A stretch of 64,000 nucleotides of DNA from an uncultured Bacteroidales bacterium (lineage in GTDB: Bacteria > Bacteroidota > Bacteroidia > Bacteroidales > WCHB1-69). Position numbers and translations under genes: made by a program. The DNA lies in contig CAMKLG010000010.1 in assembly GCA_946413585.1 (NCBI GenBank), positions 437-64,436 on the forward strand, written 5' to 3'. Positions 46,101-53,546 of the stretch are shown one piece after another. The notes beneath the pieces are model-generated. The model was not told the origin of the DNA and searched no databases. It worked only from the letters and a program-made list of their open reading frames with translations. The stretch's first letter is position 1. Each line of letters begins with the position of its first letter.

Positions 46101-48840
46101 AACAGAGGAGCGGTGGGAAATGGAGGTGGAGCCGACTGAACGCGACCGAAAGAAAGAGCCGGCAGAATTGTTGGTCTGGATGGTGGACAGCAGCTTGTAT
46201 CGACTAAATTACAGCCATGTATTCAATGATTGGATAAAACCATACGAAGGCTCTTTCCGATATTCGAATGCCTATTATTGGTTCAGCGACATCTCCATGG
46301 ATGACCTGACAGATAACCAGACGCTTGTCATAAAATTCGGAGAGCGTTCCTCGGCCTCCTTGCTTAGCAAGCGATATTCAGCCATGAATCTCAGAGATTG
46401 GTCGCCAGTTTTCACGGAGAGATCTCCCCATTATTCAGGCGGTTTTTTCCCAGATAACACCTATTCAACAAACAGATTGAGCGGGGAAAATATACGCACC
46501 ACGCCAGGCAGAAGCGTATCGAACAAAGACAATCCATTCGAAAATGTTCGAACAGAGTTGGATGCCTCTGTGTCGGATGTGCAGGCTGGGACACCTGCAC
46601 CTTTCCGCATCCGCCACGATTTCCGCGAAACGGCATTCTTCCTGCCGCAGCTGCAAACGAACGACAGCGGGCGTGTTGTCTTCTCCTTCACCGTGCCCGA
46701 TCAGCTGACCACGTGGCGGTTCTACGCGCAGGCGCACACCAAGAATCTGCACACCGGTCACCTCAGTGGTTCCATCGTGGCCAAACTGCCGATGATGCTG
46801 CAGAGCAACGCTCCGCGTTTCCTCCGTGAGGGCGACACGATGGATTTGCGCGCCAAAATCACCAATGTGAGCGAGGAACGTTTGAGCGGAACCGTGACGT
46901 TGGAGATTGTGGATACAATTGGTAACCAGCCGGGTGGGATGATATTGGACGATGGTGACAGGGCACGGGGTGGTAGAGACGGGGCGCGCCCCGTCTCTAC
47001 GGACGAACCGTTTGATATTGCACCCGGTACCGCACAGGAGGTTCATTTCCGCATCGTCGTTCCCGAAGGCATCTCTTCGGTCACCTACCGTCTCGTGGCA
47101 AAGGCGGGGAATTTCGGCGACGGTGAGGAGCGGACCCTACCGGTGCTACCGAAACGGATGTTAGTCACCGAGACGCATTCCTTCTTCGTTCCTGAAAACA
47201 GCGACACCACCCTCCTTTACAATCGGTTCCGCACGCACATTACGCCCACGTTGATGCATGAGCAGTTCACCGTGGAGGCAACGACCAATCCCGCATGGTT
47301 GGCTATCCAGACGCTGCCCGCACTGCTGCAACCCGCTTACGAGAGCAACGACAGGACTTTCGCCACGCTGTTTGCCGCCGCAATGCTGCAGAAGGTGCAA
47401 AAAGGGGCAACCCAACGAGTCACCGACGAGAATCTGGAACGTTTTCTCAACAAGAGTCTCAATAAACTGAAAAACAACCAATTGGACGAAGGCGGATGGA
47501 GTTGGACAGGAAAGAATATTTACTCCCGTTTCATCACTTGCGAGGTGGTGAGCGGCTTCTACAAGCTGCAACGAATGGGCATTAAGTTGCCCGCAGCACA
47601 AAAGATGCTGGCTAAAGCGGTGGCGCATGCCGACAGTGTTCAGGAAGAGGCCTACCGCGATTATCTGCGCTACCTTGAGAGTAATCCGAAAGTCCCCTAC
47701 CCGCTTGACTATCACGACGTTCTCTACCTCTACACACGCTCGTTCCTACCCGTGGACAGTGCGTGGTTGTCACAACCGTACGTACAATGTCTGCTGACGA
47801 CCGCCACCCAGAACATCACCAAATCTTCCTACACCCGTCAGGCAGAAATGGCGTTGGTATTGCACCGCATCGGACGTATGCAAGAGGCGGAAAAGATTAT
47901 GGAGAACCTTCGTAAGCAAGCAGTCACAAACAGTAATCAGGGAATATATTGGCGTAGGAAATACGAGAGCCGCTACTATCCGTGGTACGAGGCGCCTATT
48001 GAACAGCAAGCGTTGCTGCTCGAAGCTTTCAGCGAGATTTCGCCCCGCGACGAGGAGCTGAAGGCGATGAAGCAGTGGCTGTTACTTCAGAAAAAGGGCA
48101 ACGAGTGGCAAAGTACGCGGGCCACGCTGGCGGCCGTGTATGCGCTGCTGCTCAACTTCACCGCCGACGAGCTGGAGGCTTCCGCCACAACCATCACCGT
48201 GGGCGGGGAAACGTTCTCTACGGCTGGAACTGCGGACAAGAAAGGCACTGGCTATCTGCAACATACTTGGAATCAAGAAGAGATTACGCCTTCGTTGGGT
48301 GAAGTTGCTGTGCGCACTGATGCAGCGCATCCTGTTATCGGAGCTTGCCATTGGCAGTATTGGGAAGATGTGGAGAAGGTAGAGTCTGAGGGCAGCGGAC
48401 TAACCATTAGCCGTTCTTACTTCCACCAGCCTAGGACGGCAGGCGGCTATGCAGAGCCGGTCACTACCGACAATCCCGCGCATTTGGGCGAGCGCATAAC
48501 CGTGCGCGTGACGGTCACCTCCGATCGCGACTTGGACTTCGTGCACGTCACCGACCCGCGTCCGGCGGCCTTCGAACCGGTCAACGAGAACAAACGGTAT
48601 TTCTCGATGAGGGGTCTCTATTGGGTAGAACATCCTCGCTATGTCCGTTGGTCACAAGATATCCGTGACGCCTCCACGGAATTCTTCTTCCGCCATTTCC
48701 CCAAGGGCACCTTTGCTGTGGAATACGACGTATTCGCCACCCAAACCGGCGAGTTCACTACCGGCATCCCCGAGGTGGAGTGCCTCTACGCCCCGGAATG
48801 GCGCGGCCACTACGACAACGCGAAGGTCAATGTTCGTTAA
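43135..48840 (+). CDS. Alpha-2-macroglobulin family protein (large bacterial A2M-like, apparently without thioester)
   Basis: Start set at the ATG at 43135 (MKNLTYKLVITVLFVCSAGYVQAQ, signal/lipobox-like); in-frame ATGs from 43069 lie inside the palindromic repeats. MG-domain-like beta-rich repeats. C-terminal alpha/alpha region NQLDEGGWSW, YEAPIEQQALLLEAF and GNEWQSTRATLAAVYALL. No CxEQ motif seen. Confidence 0.8.
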   Translation: MKNLTYKLVITVLFVCSAGYVQAQSDLQTFRANYERLQQIYSPDEPDAIWMADSLANIAPQPYRGVYHFLVAQMLSKRRAFLGMRCDASDIRDVMKWSDSETTANTMRYADTAFKQLFEYGLIPADSFRFMIVPGNVLQIPEMTLADLILMSTLQYPLFNWELNEVTYNAIDLALQYHKNKGNQRILLEYEISKLYFYPFDAEDTPEESPIWQGLMRLEKEYGPQTAIDYQKGVFLHDYLKNTPPSSETVQREYSLLGKTCFDKVLVSSVDTFYKENARLILEDITNQEISLMQMPKNLPPAPKILLPVSYRNLDTLYVSVYRIDKSKDISFWASTRTHINKYIEKGRLQGPMMQQRFLLPNPVPYYFCHTDLFLDSLPKGNYLLLYQTTPQYDTNTVLMFNTLDVTSIKIEEICHANKHYLTFMDAVTGAPLSGLKVTKENLSGVRLYRKTDRNGMLRIHRSEESWRWDHFVNDGPDCVVDYMVYDPMDIIDEDDEKPSIYRGRYYAHYGETIPSAIVLDRPVYRPGQTVYFKVYKVQGHKMDVNSSIIVELRDRADKVVESIELRTNKFGTVAGQFTLPETMTYGGYGGKLCIREKGNVTNWQTFSISAYKLPTFKLELRHVVEPLTIGDSVHFVGRAVSFTGDPIRFANVTVSVYNNRYNSKTRTLYALQTDEKGDFHFTYPTYDTNVYSYYIDAKATVTDINGETQQTAHSLYLDSKPFKIVASMLNSIDLSLHDTLKSSICVTEVYNGHEPMAIPVKVEVFRVEEPNLSRPLIYRYYKKPTHPLYSEEEYHRYFPNYSFIDLTWKHSLWPVKEQVFTTEGFFMKDTLKIPVSKWGTGSYRIQLTATDSLGRSDTTLKFVKLTRSTDSLPTDNSCLSVNILERTSRTVKVSVSTILRDATVYCYVSHGKKTVTNQVLKLSERNQQMTFKIRHSPYNVTVFCFLAHNNQIYCDGKKSFDETFIQKHIRPGTLTLNMIRWNSTLYPGTEERWEMEVEPTERDRKKEPAELLVWMVDSSLYRLNYSHVFNDWIKPYEGSFRYSNAYYWFSDISMDDLTDNQTLVIKFGERSSASLLSKRYSAMNLRDWSPVFTERSPHYSGGFFPDNTYSTNRLSGENIRTTPGRSVSNKDNPFENVRTELDASVSDVQAGTPAPFRIRHDFRETAFFLPQLQTNDSGRVVFSFTVPDQLTTWRFYAQAHTKNLHTGHLSGSIVAKLPMMLQSNAPRFLREGDTMDLRAKITNVSEERLSGTVTLEIVDTIGNQPGGMILDDGDRARGGRDGARPVSTDEPFDIAPGTAQEVHFRIVVPEGISSVTYRLVAKAGNFGDGEERTLPVLPKRMLVTETHSFFVPENSDTTLLYNRFRTHITPTLMHEQFTVEATTNPAWLAIQTLPALLQPAYESNDRTFATLFAAAMLQKVQKGATQRVTDENLERFLNKSLNKLKNNQLDEGGWSWTGKNIYSRFITCEVVSGFYKLQRMGIKLPAAQKMLAKAVAHADSVQEEAYRDYLRYLESNPKVPYPLDYHDVLYLYTRSFLPVDSAWLSQPYVQCLLTTATQNITKSSYTRQAEMALVLHRIGRMQEAEKIMENLRKQAVTNSNQGIYWRRKYESRYYPWYEAPIEQQALLLEAFSEISPRDEELKAMKQWLLLQKKGNEWQSTRATLAAVYALLLNFTADELEASATTITVGGETFSTAGTADKKGTGYLQHTWNQEEITPSLGEVAVRTDAAHPVIGACHWQYWEDVEKVESEGSGLTISRSYFHQPRTAGGYAEPVTTDNPAHLGERITVRVTVTSDRDLDFVHVTDPRPAAFEPVNENKRYFSMRGLYWVEHPRYVRWSQDIRDASTEFFFRHFPKGTFAVEYDVFATQTGEFTTGIPEVECLYAPEWRGHYDNAKVNVR
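46973..47000. repeat. 28-bp perfect GC-rich palindrome inside the A2M CDS
   Basis: GTAGAGACGGGGCG|CGCCCCGTCTCTAC. It encodes RDGARPVS on both strands. Confidence 0.95.
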
Positions 48841-48841
48841 T

Positions 48842-48881
48842 TTGTCCCTGTTGTCTTTAGTTTAAACGACAACTGGGACAA
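48842..48881. terminator. Hairpin at the convergent junction after the A2M gene (possible bidirectional terminator, no clear T-run)
   Basis: TTGTCCCTGTTGTC (48842-55) pairs with GACAACTGGGACAA (48868-81) at 13 of 14 positions, with a 12-nt loop. Confidence 0.4.
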
Positions 48882-48891
48882 CTGGGACAAC
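48865..48891 (+). repeat. 27-nt direct repeat, right copy
   Basis: AACGACAACTGGGACAACTGGGACAAC (see 42951-42977). Confidence 0.9.
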
Positions 48892-48931
48892 AAAAAATAA
48901 AGATTTTGCCAATTCTTTTCGGATGGTTTCA

Positions 48932-49864
48932 TCAGAACAATTCATTCAAACTATTATAATTCAACAGCTTAATATCTGAACCATTGTTTTCAAAGTCTCC
49001 AGCATAAACAACCGCCCTTTTCGTTACCGGTGTTTTAATCCAATCCTGAAGTTGCCGTAAAGTTTTCTCAAAGGATGGGTGATAAGTCATCGACGACTTC
49101 ACCTCTACGGCCGTGATTTCGCCTTCCTGCTTCAGCAAAACATCCACCTCGTTCTGATTGGAGTCACGATAAAAAAACACGCCCCCATCTTTTCCTTGGT
49201 TGTAGCGATGTTTCATCATTTCCATCACCACCATATTTTCAAATAGAGGTCCTCGCATTTTGTCTCTTTCAAGCTGTTTAGGCGACTCTATATCCAACAG
49301 ATAACATGCCAATCCCGTGTCGTTGAAGTACAGTTTAGGACTTTTGACCAACCTTTTGGAGATGTTTTCGTAATAAGGCTTTTGCCGGCAATCACTGCAG
49401 GATAAAGCCCTTCAAAAATTTGTTGGGAGAGATCTCGATCGGTTCGCTGGGCCACTGTCTCCGACAGCGACATCGGCATGAGTTCGAATACGCCCGCTCT
49501 GCCAGCCAGAGACTCCGAAAGGTCGCGCATCATCTCGAAGTTGGAACTGCCCGTCAACAGAAAGCGCCTCTCTGGATGGCGATCCACGATGCCTTGTATA
49601 TATTCCATTAAAACGGGTGCCTTTTGCACTTCGTCAATAAACATGCCGTCTGTGGTTTGCTGAAGGAATGCCACCGGATCGTTCATTGCATAGTCACGGA
49701 TATGCACATCCTTCATGCTAAATTCCTTATAATCAGAAAAAAAGATGCTTCAACAGCGTGCTTTTTCCCGATTGCCTCGGACCTGTAACGGATATAACAG
49801 AATAGTATTTGGATACTTCCCTAACCACCGGCTCTATTTTCCTGTTGATATAATCCACTTTCAT
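48932..49864 (-). pseudogene. Decayed AAA ATPase (DUF4143-type ATP-binding protein): frameshift plus internal deletion
   Basis: The N-terminal fragment from the ATG at 49864 encodes MKVDYINRKIEPVVREVSKYYSVISVTGPRQSGKSTLLKHLF and stops after an A7/T7 run (49737-49743). The next frame continues MKDVHIRDYAMNDPVAFLQQ...GLYPAVIAGK. A third frame resumes at ...PYYENISKRLVKSPKLYFNDTGLACYLL, and about 100 aa expected between these blocks are missing. Confidence 0.75.
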
Positions 49865-49980
49865 TTTTATGTAATTTCGGAATCCGACGGCAAAAACACA
49901 TAAAAAATCAATACCAGCTATAATAATTATTTTTTACACAAAGCTTGCTAAATTCACGTCTTATTATGTAAAAAATATGT

Positions 49981-49988
49981 ATTTTTGC
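49981..49988 (+). promoter_or_regulatory. -7 promoter box (TAnnTTTG) for umuC
   Basis: TATTTTTG lies 97 nt upstream of the ATG at 50085. Confidence 0.6.
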
Positions 49989-49991
49989 ATC

Positions 49992-50080
49992 CCTACTCCC
50001 TCTAAACTCTAAACTCTAAACTCTAAACCCTAAACCCTAAACTCTTAACTCTTAACTCTAAACCCTAAACCTTAAACCAC
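49992..50080. repeat. 13-unit heptamer array forming the umuC leader (CCCTACT, AACTCTA, AACCCTA, AACTCTT...)
   Basis: Period 7 throughout. No G on the + strand from 49989 to 50086. Contains plant-telomere-like CCCTAAA units. Confidence 0.95.
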
Positions 50081-50084
50081 CCCC

Positions 50085-51344
50085 ATGTTCGGTCTCGCCG
50101 ATTGCAACAACTTCTTCGTCTCCTGTGAGCGGGTGTTCCGACCCGACCTCAACGGGCGTCCCGTCATTATTCTCTCCAACAATGACGGTTGTGTGATTGC
50201 GCGGTCGAACGAGGCAAAGCGGCTCGGCATCAAGATGGGGCATCCCTATTTTCAGCTCGAAGCTGTCATCAAACGGCACAACGTGGCGGTCTATTCCAGC
50301 AACTACGCTCTCTACAGCGACATGTCGCAGCGCGTACAGCAAACCCTACGCAGTCTCTGTCCCGCCACCGAGGTCTATTCCATTGACGAATCCTTCCTCA
50401 ACCTTCGCGGCATCAAGGAAGAGGAGCTTGACGCTTTCGGGCATTACGTTTCCCGCAAAGTACTGAAAGACACCGGCATCCCCATCAGCGTGGGCATCTC
50501 ACAAACCAAAACCCTCGCCAAAATCGCCTCGAAACTCTGCAAGCAGTATCCGAAGCTCAAGGGCAGCTGCTATATGCATCGGCCACAGGACATTGAAAAG
50601 GTGCTGAGAAAGTTCCCCATCGAAGACGTTTGGGGCATCGGGCGGCGGTTTTCCGTGATGCTGAAAAGCCGGAATATCAACACTGCTTACGACTTCGCAC
50701 AGCAACCGTTAGACTTCGTGCGCAGCAAGATGCACCTGGGTGGCATGAAGACTTGGTACGAGCTACACGGTCGGCCCTGCATCGAATTCGAGGCGCACAT
50801 TCCTGACAAACAGCAAATTATGGTGTCACGGAGTTTCAGCAAAGAGCTTAGTGACGTGGAAGACATCAAGGAGCAGGTGGCCTTGTTCACCTCCATGGCC
50901 GCCGAGAAGTTAAGAAAACAGGGAAGTGTTTGTCACGCCATGTTCGTCTTCCTGCTCACCAACCGTTTCCGGCACGAGCAGGAGCAGCACTACGACAACC
51001 GGCTCGTGACGCTGTCCGCCGCTTCCGACAGCACCGTGGAATTGGCCGACATTGCCGTGAAGACCGCAACGCAGCTCTTCCGGCAGGGCACCTTCTACAA
51101 AAAGGCGGGGATCGCGCTGACGCAAATCTCACCAAAAGAAAGTGTGCAAGCCGTACTCTTCGACGAGGTGGATCGCGAAAAGCACGACCGGCTGATGCAA
51201 GCTCTTGACAGCATCAATGAAAAACAAGGGCAACGTACCGTGGTGGTGGCCACCGCCGGCTTCGAAGGGGTGCGCATGAACCGCAACCACCTGTCGCAAA
51301 ACTACACCACCGACTGGAACGAAATCTTGGAAATAAAGTGCTAA
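50085..51344 (+). CDS. umuC: Y-family translesion DNA polymerase (UmuC-like)
   Basis: 419 aa. N-terminus MFGLADCNNFFVSCERVFRPDLNGRPVIILSNNDGCVIARSNEAK, SIDESFL catalytic motif, WGIGRR. Confidence 0.9.
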   Translation: MFGLADCNNFFVSCERVFRPDLNGRPVIILSNNDGCVIARSNEAKRLGIKMGHPYFQLEAVIKRHNVAVYSSNYALYSDMSQRVQQTLRSLCPATEVYSIDESFLNLRGIKEEELDAFGHYVSRKVLKDTGIPISVGISQTKTLAKIASKLCKQYPKLKGSCYMHRPQDIEKVLRKFPIEDVWGIGRRFSVMLKSRNINTAYDFAQQPLDFVRSKMHLGGMKTWYELHGRPCIEFEAHIPDKQQIMVSRSFSKELSDVEDIKEQVALFTSMAAEKLRKQGSVCHAMFVFLLTNRFRHEQEQHYDNRLVTLSAASDSTVELADIAVKTATQLFRQGTFYKKAGIALTQISPKESVQAVLFDEVDREKHDRLMQALDSINEKQGQRTVVVATAGFEGVRMNRNHLSQNYTTDWNEILEIKC

Positions 51345-51376
51345 AATCCGACTACAGAAGTTGGCATTTGACTCCG

Positions 51377-53491
51377 TTATCCTGCATAGCTGTGCATACC
51401 GCCTAACAAGAAATTGACCCCAAAATAGGTAATCAGTACGCTTAGGAAAGCCAAAATGCCGTAAACATGGAAGAACATCGGTTTGCGGAACACAGTCCAA
51501 ACCGTTTTGTGCAACGGAACGATATAAATCAGCAGCGTAATCAGTGCCCACACCTCCTTGGGATCCCATGACCAGTAGTTACCCCACGAAATGTTGGCCC
51601 ACACCGCACCGATGAAGATGCCCGCCGTCAGCAAAGCGACTGCTGGGTAAAGCATGATGGTGCTGATATCTTGCAAGCGTTGCAGATAAGCGGTGTTTTC
51701 AGGCTGCGAAACGCGCACCACCACCGCGCTAATGCCATTCAACATAATGAAGAACAGCAGCGCGTAGGCAATCATAATCACCGTGACGTGCAAACTCAGC
51801 AGCGGTGACGAGAGTACCGGCATCAGATGGGTGACCGGCGGGTTAGAGCCGCCCATCATCTGCACCAACAACACCACACCCGTCATCAGCAGTCCAGCGG
51901 GCAATGCCATTTCGTACTTCCGACTCATTATCAAGGTGATAACACAAATACTTAACGCCAATAGGTTCATCGAATCGAAACTGCCGGCCATCGGCACGTG
52001 CCCGCCGACAATCCACCGGAGGATGAACAACAGAGACAAGAAGGCGCACAATAACGACATCCATATCACCATTGCCCCATGAACATTTCTCGGAAGTTTT
52101 CGTCCTTTTCCAATGCAGATTAATGCGATAGCGAAGCAAAGCAAGCCTAATGTAATGTTCACCATCGGGAGCCAACGACCCATCGTCAGACGATTGTAGA
52201 GTCGTTCGGAGCGGTATTTCGAGGCAGGCTGTGTAAGTCCGAGGGAGTATTTTTCCTGATAGATTTTGGTTTTCTCGAAGAGTTCGTTTAAGGCATCCAA
52301 TTTGCCCGTCACCACATATTCCTTGCACAAGCTCATCTGCTTACGAATGAAAAGGTACTCATCATCAGGAATTGTCAAGGGCAGCTGATCGTTTTGCGAG
52401 TACCATGTCACTTCACGCAAGCTGTCGGCGTGGGGAAACATCTTCAACAGTTGACCGTTTAGCAACATATTGATAATCTGTTGTTTCTCTTCAGCCGCTC
52501 GCTGTTTGTTCCGTTTCAAATCTTTTTCGAGCTTGGGAATCGGGGCGTTTTGCCAGTCATCTGTGTAGAAGAGCCAGCCGCTGAAAACCTGTTCCGGAGT
52601 GTAACCTTGGTATCGTGCTTTTCCGTACAGTTTGGTTGTGAAATCCTTGGCCAACGTCTGTAACGGACACACACGTCCCTTGTACATCACGTACATCTGT
52701 CCCATTTTGTCGGCACTCTCCCTTGGCAAGGTGCGGGGTTTATTAGCTGCCTGTGCAGGCAGGAACACGCTCATGGTCAGCAGGACAGCCAACACGGCCG
52801 CCTTGCTTGCCGTCTTTTGCAACAACTGACGAAATTCGCTCTTTCTGTCGAGAAACATCCCCACGATGGTGACGAAAAGCAGGAGATAACCCGCGTAGGT
52901 AACGCCCACCCCCCAGGGGTCATGAGCCACCGACAGTACAGAGTTGCCCTCCTCATCGTAATCGCTTTGGTAAAAGCGGTAATGGCGGTGTTTGAGAATA
53001 TGGTTCATGGAAATCGTGGCATCCAAAACACTCCCATTGTCCAATACTTGAAGATGGCTCACGAAGTCCATCGGCGAATGGGTGCCTGGGTAAGTTTCCA
53101 CCTCGAAACGACTGAGTGTCAAAGAGAACGGAAGATTTTCCGTGTGTTTATCTCCATGTTTTTCAACCGTGAATTGGTTGGTAGCCACACCCGGTTTCAG
53201 GGTCATTTCGCCGTGCTGTCCCGTGAGCATCGTCAGCAAAGCGCCGAGCAGAATGAGCAGCACGGAGCTGTGCAGGGCGCAGACGACCGGTCGTTGCCAG
53301 CTTTTGCGAGTGATCATCATGATCATCATTCCGATGGTAAGCAACGCCCACAGCGCCACAAACCACCAACTGCCATAGACATGGCTCAGTGCATAGTCAT
53401 TGCCGTGGAATTTCTCCACGATGGTGCCCGCTGCCATCGCCACAATCAGGGCGATGGTTAGGACGGAGAGGAGGTGTCGGAGGGTTTTCAT
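51377..53491 (-). CDS. ccsBA: System II cytochrome c synthetase, fused ResB/CcsB-CcsA (CcsBA)
   Basis: 704 aa polytopic protein. WWD heme-handling motif WGNYWSWDPKEVWAL in the C-terminal half and a ResB-like N-terminal half. Confidence 0.85.
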   Translation of the reverse strand: MKTLRHLLSVLTIALIVAMAAGTIVEKFHGNDYALSHVYGSWWFVALWALLTIGMMIMMITRKSWQRPVVCALHSSVLLILLGALLTMLTGQHGEMTLKPGVATNQFTVEKHGDKHTENLPFSLTLSRFEVETYPGTHSPMDFVSHLQVLDNGSVLDATISMNHILKHRHYRFYQSDYDEEGNSVLSVAHDPWGVGVTYAGYLLLFVTIVGMFLDRKSEFRQLLQKTASKAAVLAVLLTMSVFLPAQAANKPRTLPRESADKMGQMYVMYKGRVCPLQTLAKDFTTKLYGKARYQGYTPEQVFSGWLFYTDDWQNAPIPKLEKDLKRNKQRAAEEKQQIINMLLNGQLLKMFPHADSLREVTWYSQNDQLPLTIPDDEYLFIRKQMSLCKEYVVTGKLDALNELFEKTKIYQEKYSLGLTQPASKYRSERLYNRLTMGRWLPMVNITLGLLCFAIALICIGKGRKLPRNVHGAMVIWMSLLCAFLSLLFILRWIVGGHVPMAGSFDSMNLLALSICVITLIMSRKYEMALPAGLLMTGVVLLVQMMGGSNPPVTHLMPVLSSPLLSLHVTVIMIAYALLFFIMLNGISAVVVRVSQPENTAYLQRLQDISTIMLYPAVALLTAGIFIGAVWANISWGNYWSWDPKEVWALITLLIYIVPLHKTVWTVFRKPMFFHVYGILAFLSVLITYFGVNFLLGGMHSYAG

Positions 53492-53493
53492 CA

Positions 53494-53517
53494 GATTAAG
53501 AATTAAAAATTAAAAAA
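53494..53517. repeat. Short heptamer array (GATTAAG AATTAAA AATTAAA) in the ccsBA leader
   Basis: Lies between the -7 box (53523-30) and the ATG (53491). Same unit family as 25616 and 55281. Confidence 0.7.
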
Positions 53518-53522
53518 GGGTG

Positions 53523-53530
53523 CAAAAATA
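53523..53530 (-). promoter_or_regulatory. -7 promoter box (minus strand) for ccsBA
   Basis: CAAAAATA on the + strand, 32 nt upstream of the ATG at 53491. Confidence 0.55.
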
Positions 53531-53546
53531 ATCAAAAAAACATTTT

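Noticed and set aside
46973-47000. The GGCGCGCC-centred palindrome as evidence of a cloning or engineering scar
   Set aside because: The palindrome is in-frame in a long native-looking ORF and there is no vector-like sequence around it. An 8-bp site alone is not evidence. It is kept as a structural curiosity instead.
48932-49716. Treating 48932-49351 and 49288-49716 as two separate small genes
   Set aside because: Together with 49717-49864 they are consecutive pieces of one DUF4143-type ATPase in three different frames, so this is called a pseudogene.
49992-50080. TTAGGG / TTTAGGG (CCCTAAA) telomere-type repeats as a sign of eukaryotic contamination or a linear-replicon end
   Set aside because: The arrays are short (under 100 nt) and internal. 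They are flanked on both sides by typical bacterial genes and promoters, and they belong to a larger set of heptamer arrays with many unrelated unit sequences.
40462-50084. Calling the segment between umuD and umuC a mobile element or genomic island
   Set aside because: I see no integrase, transposase, tRNA attachment site or long terminal repeats; only short arrays flank it. It is reported as an inference-level finding, not as a mobile_element feature.
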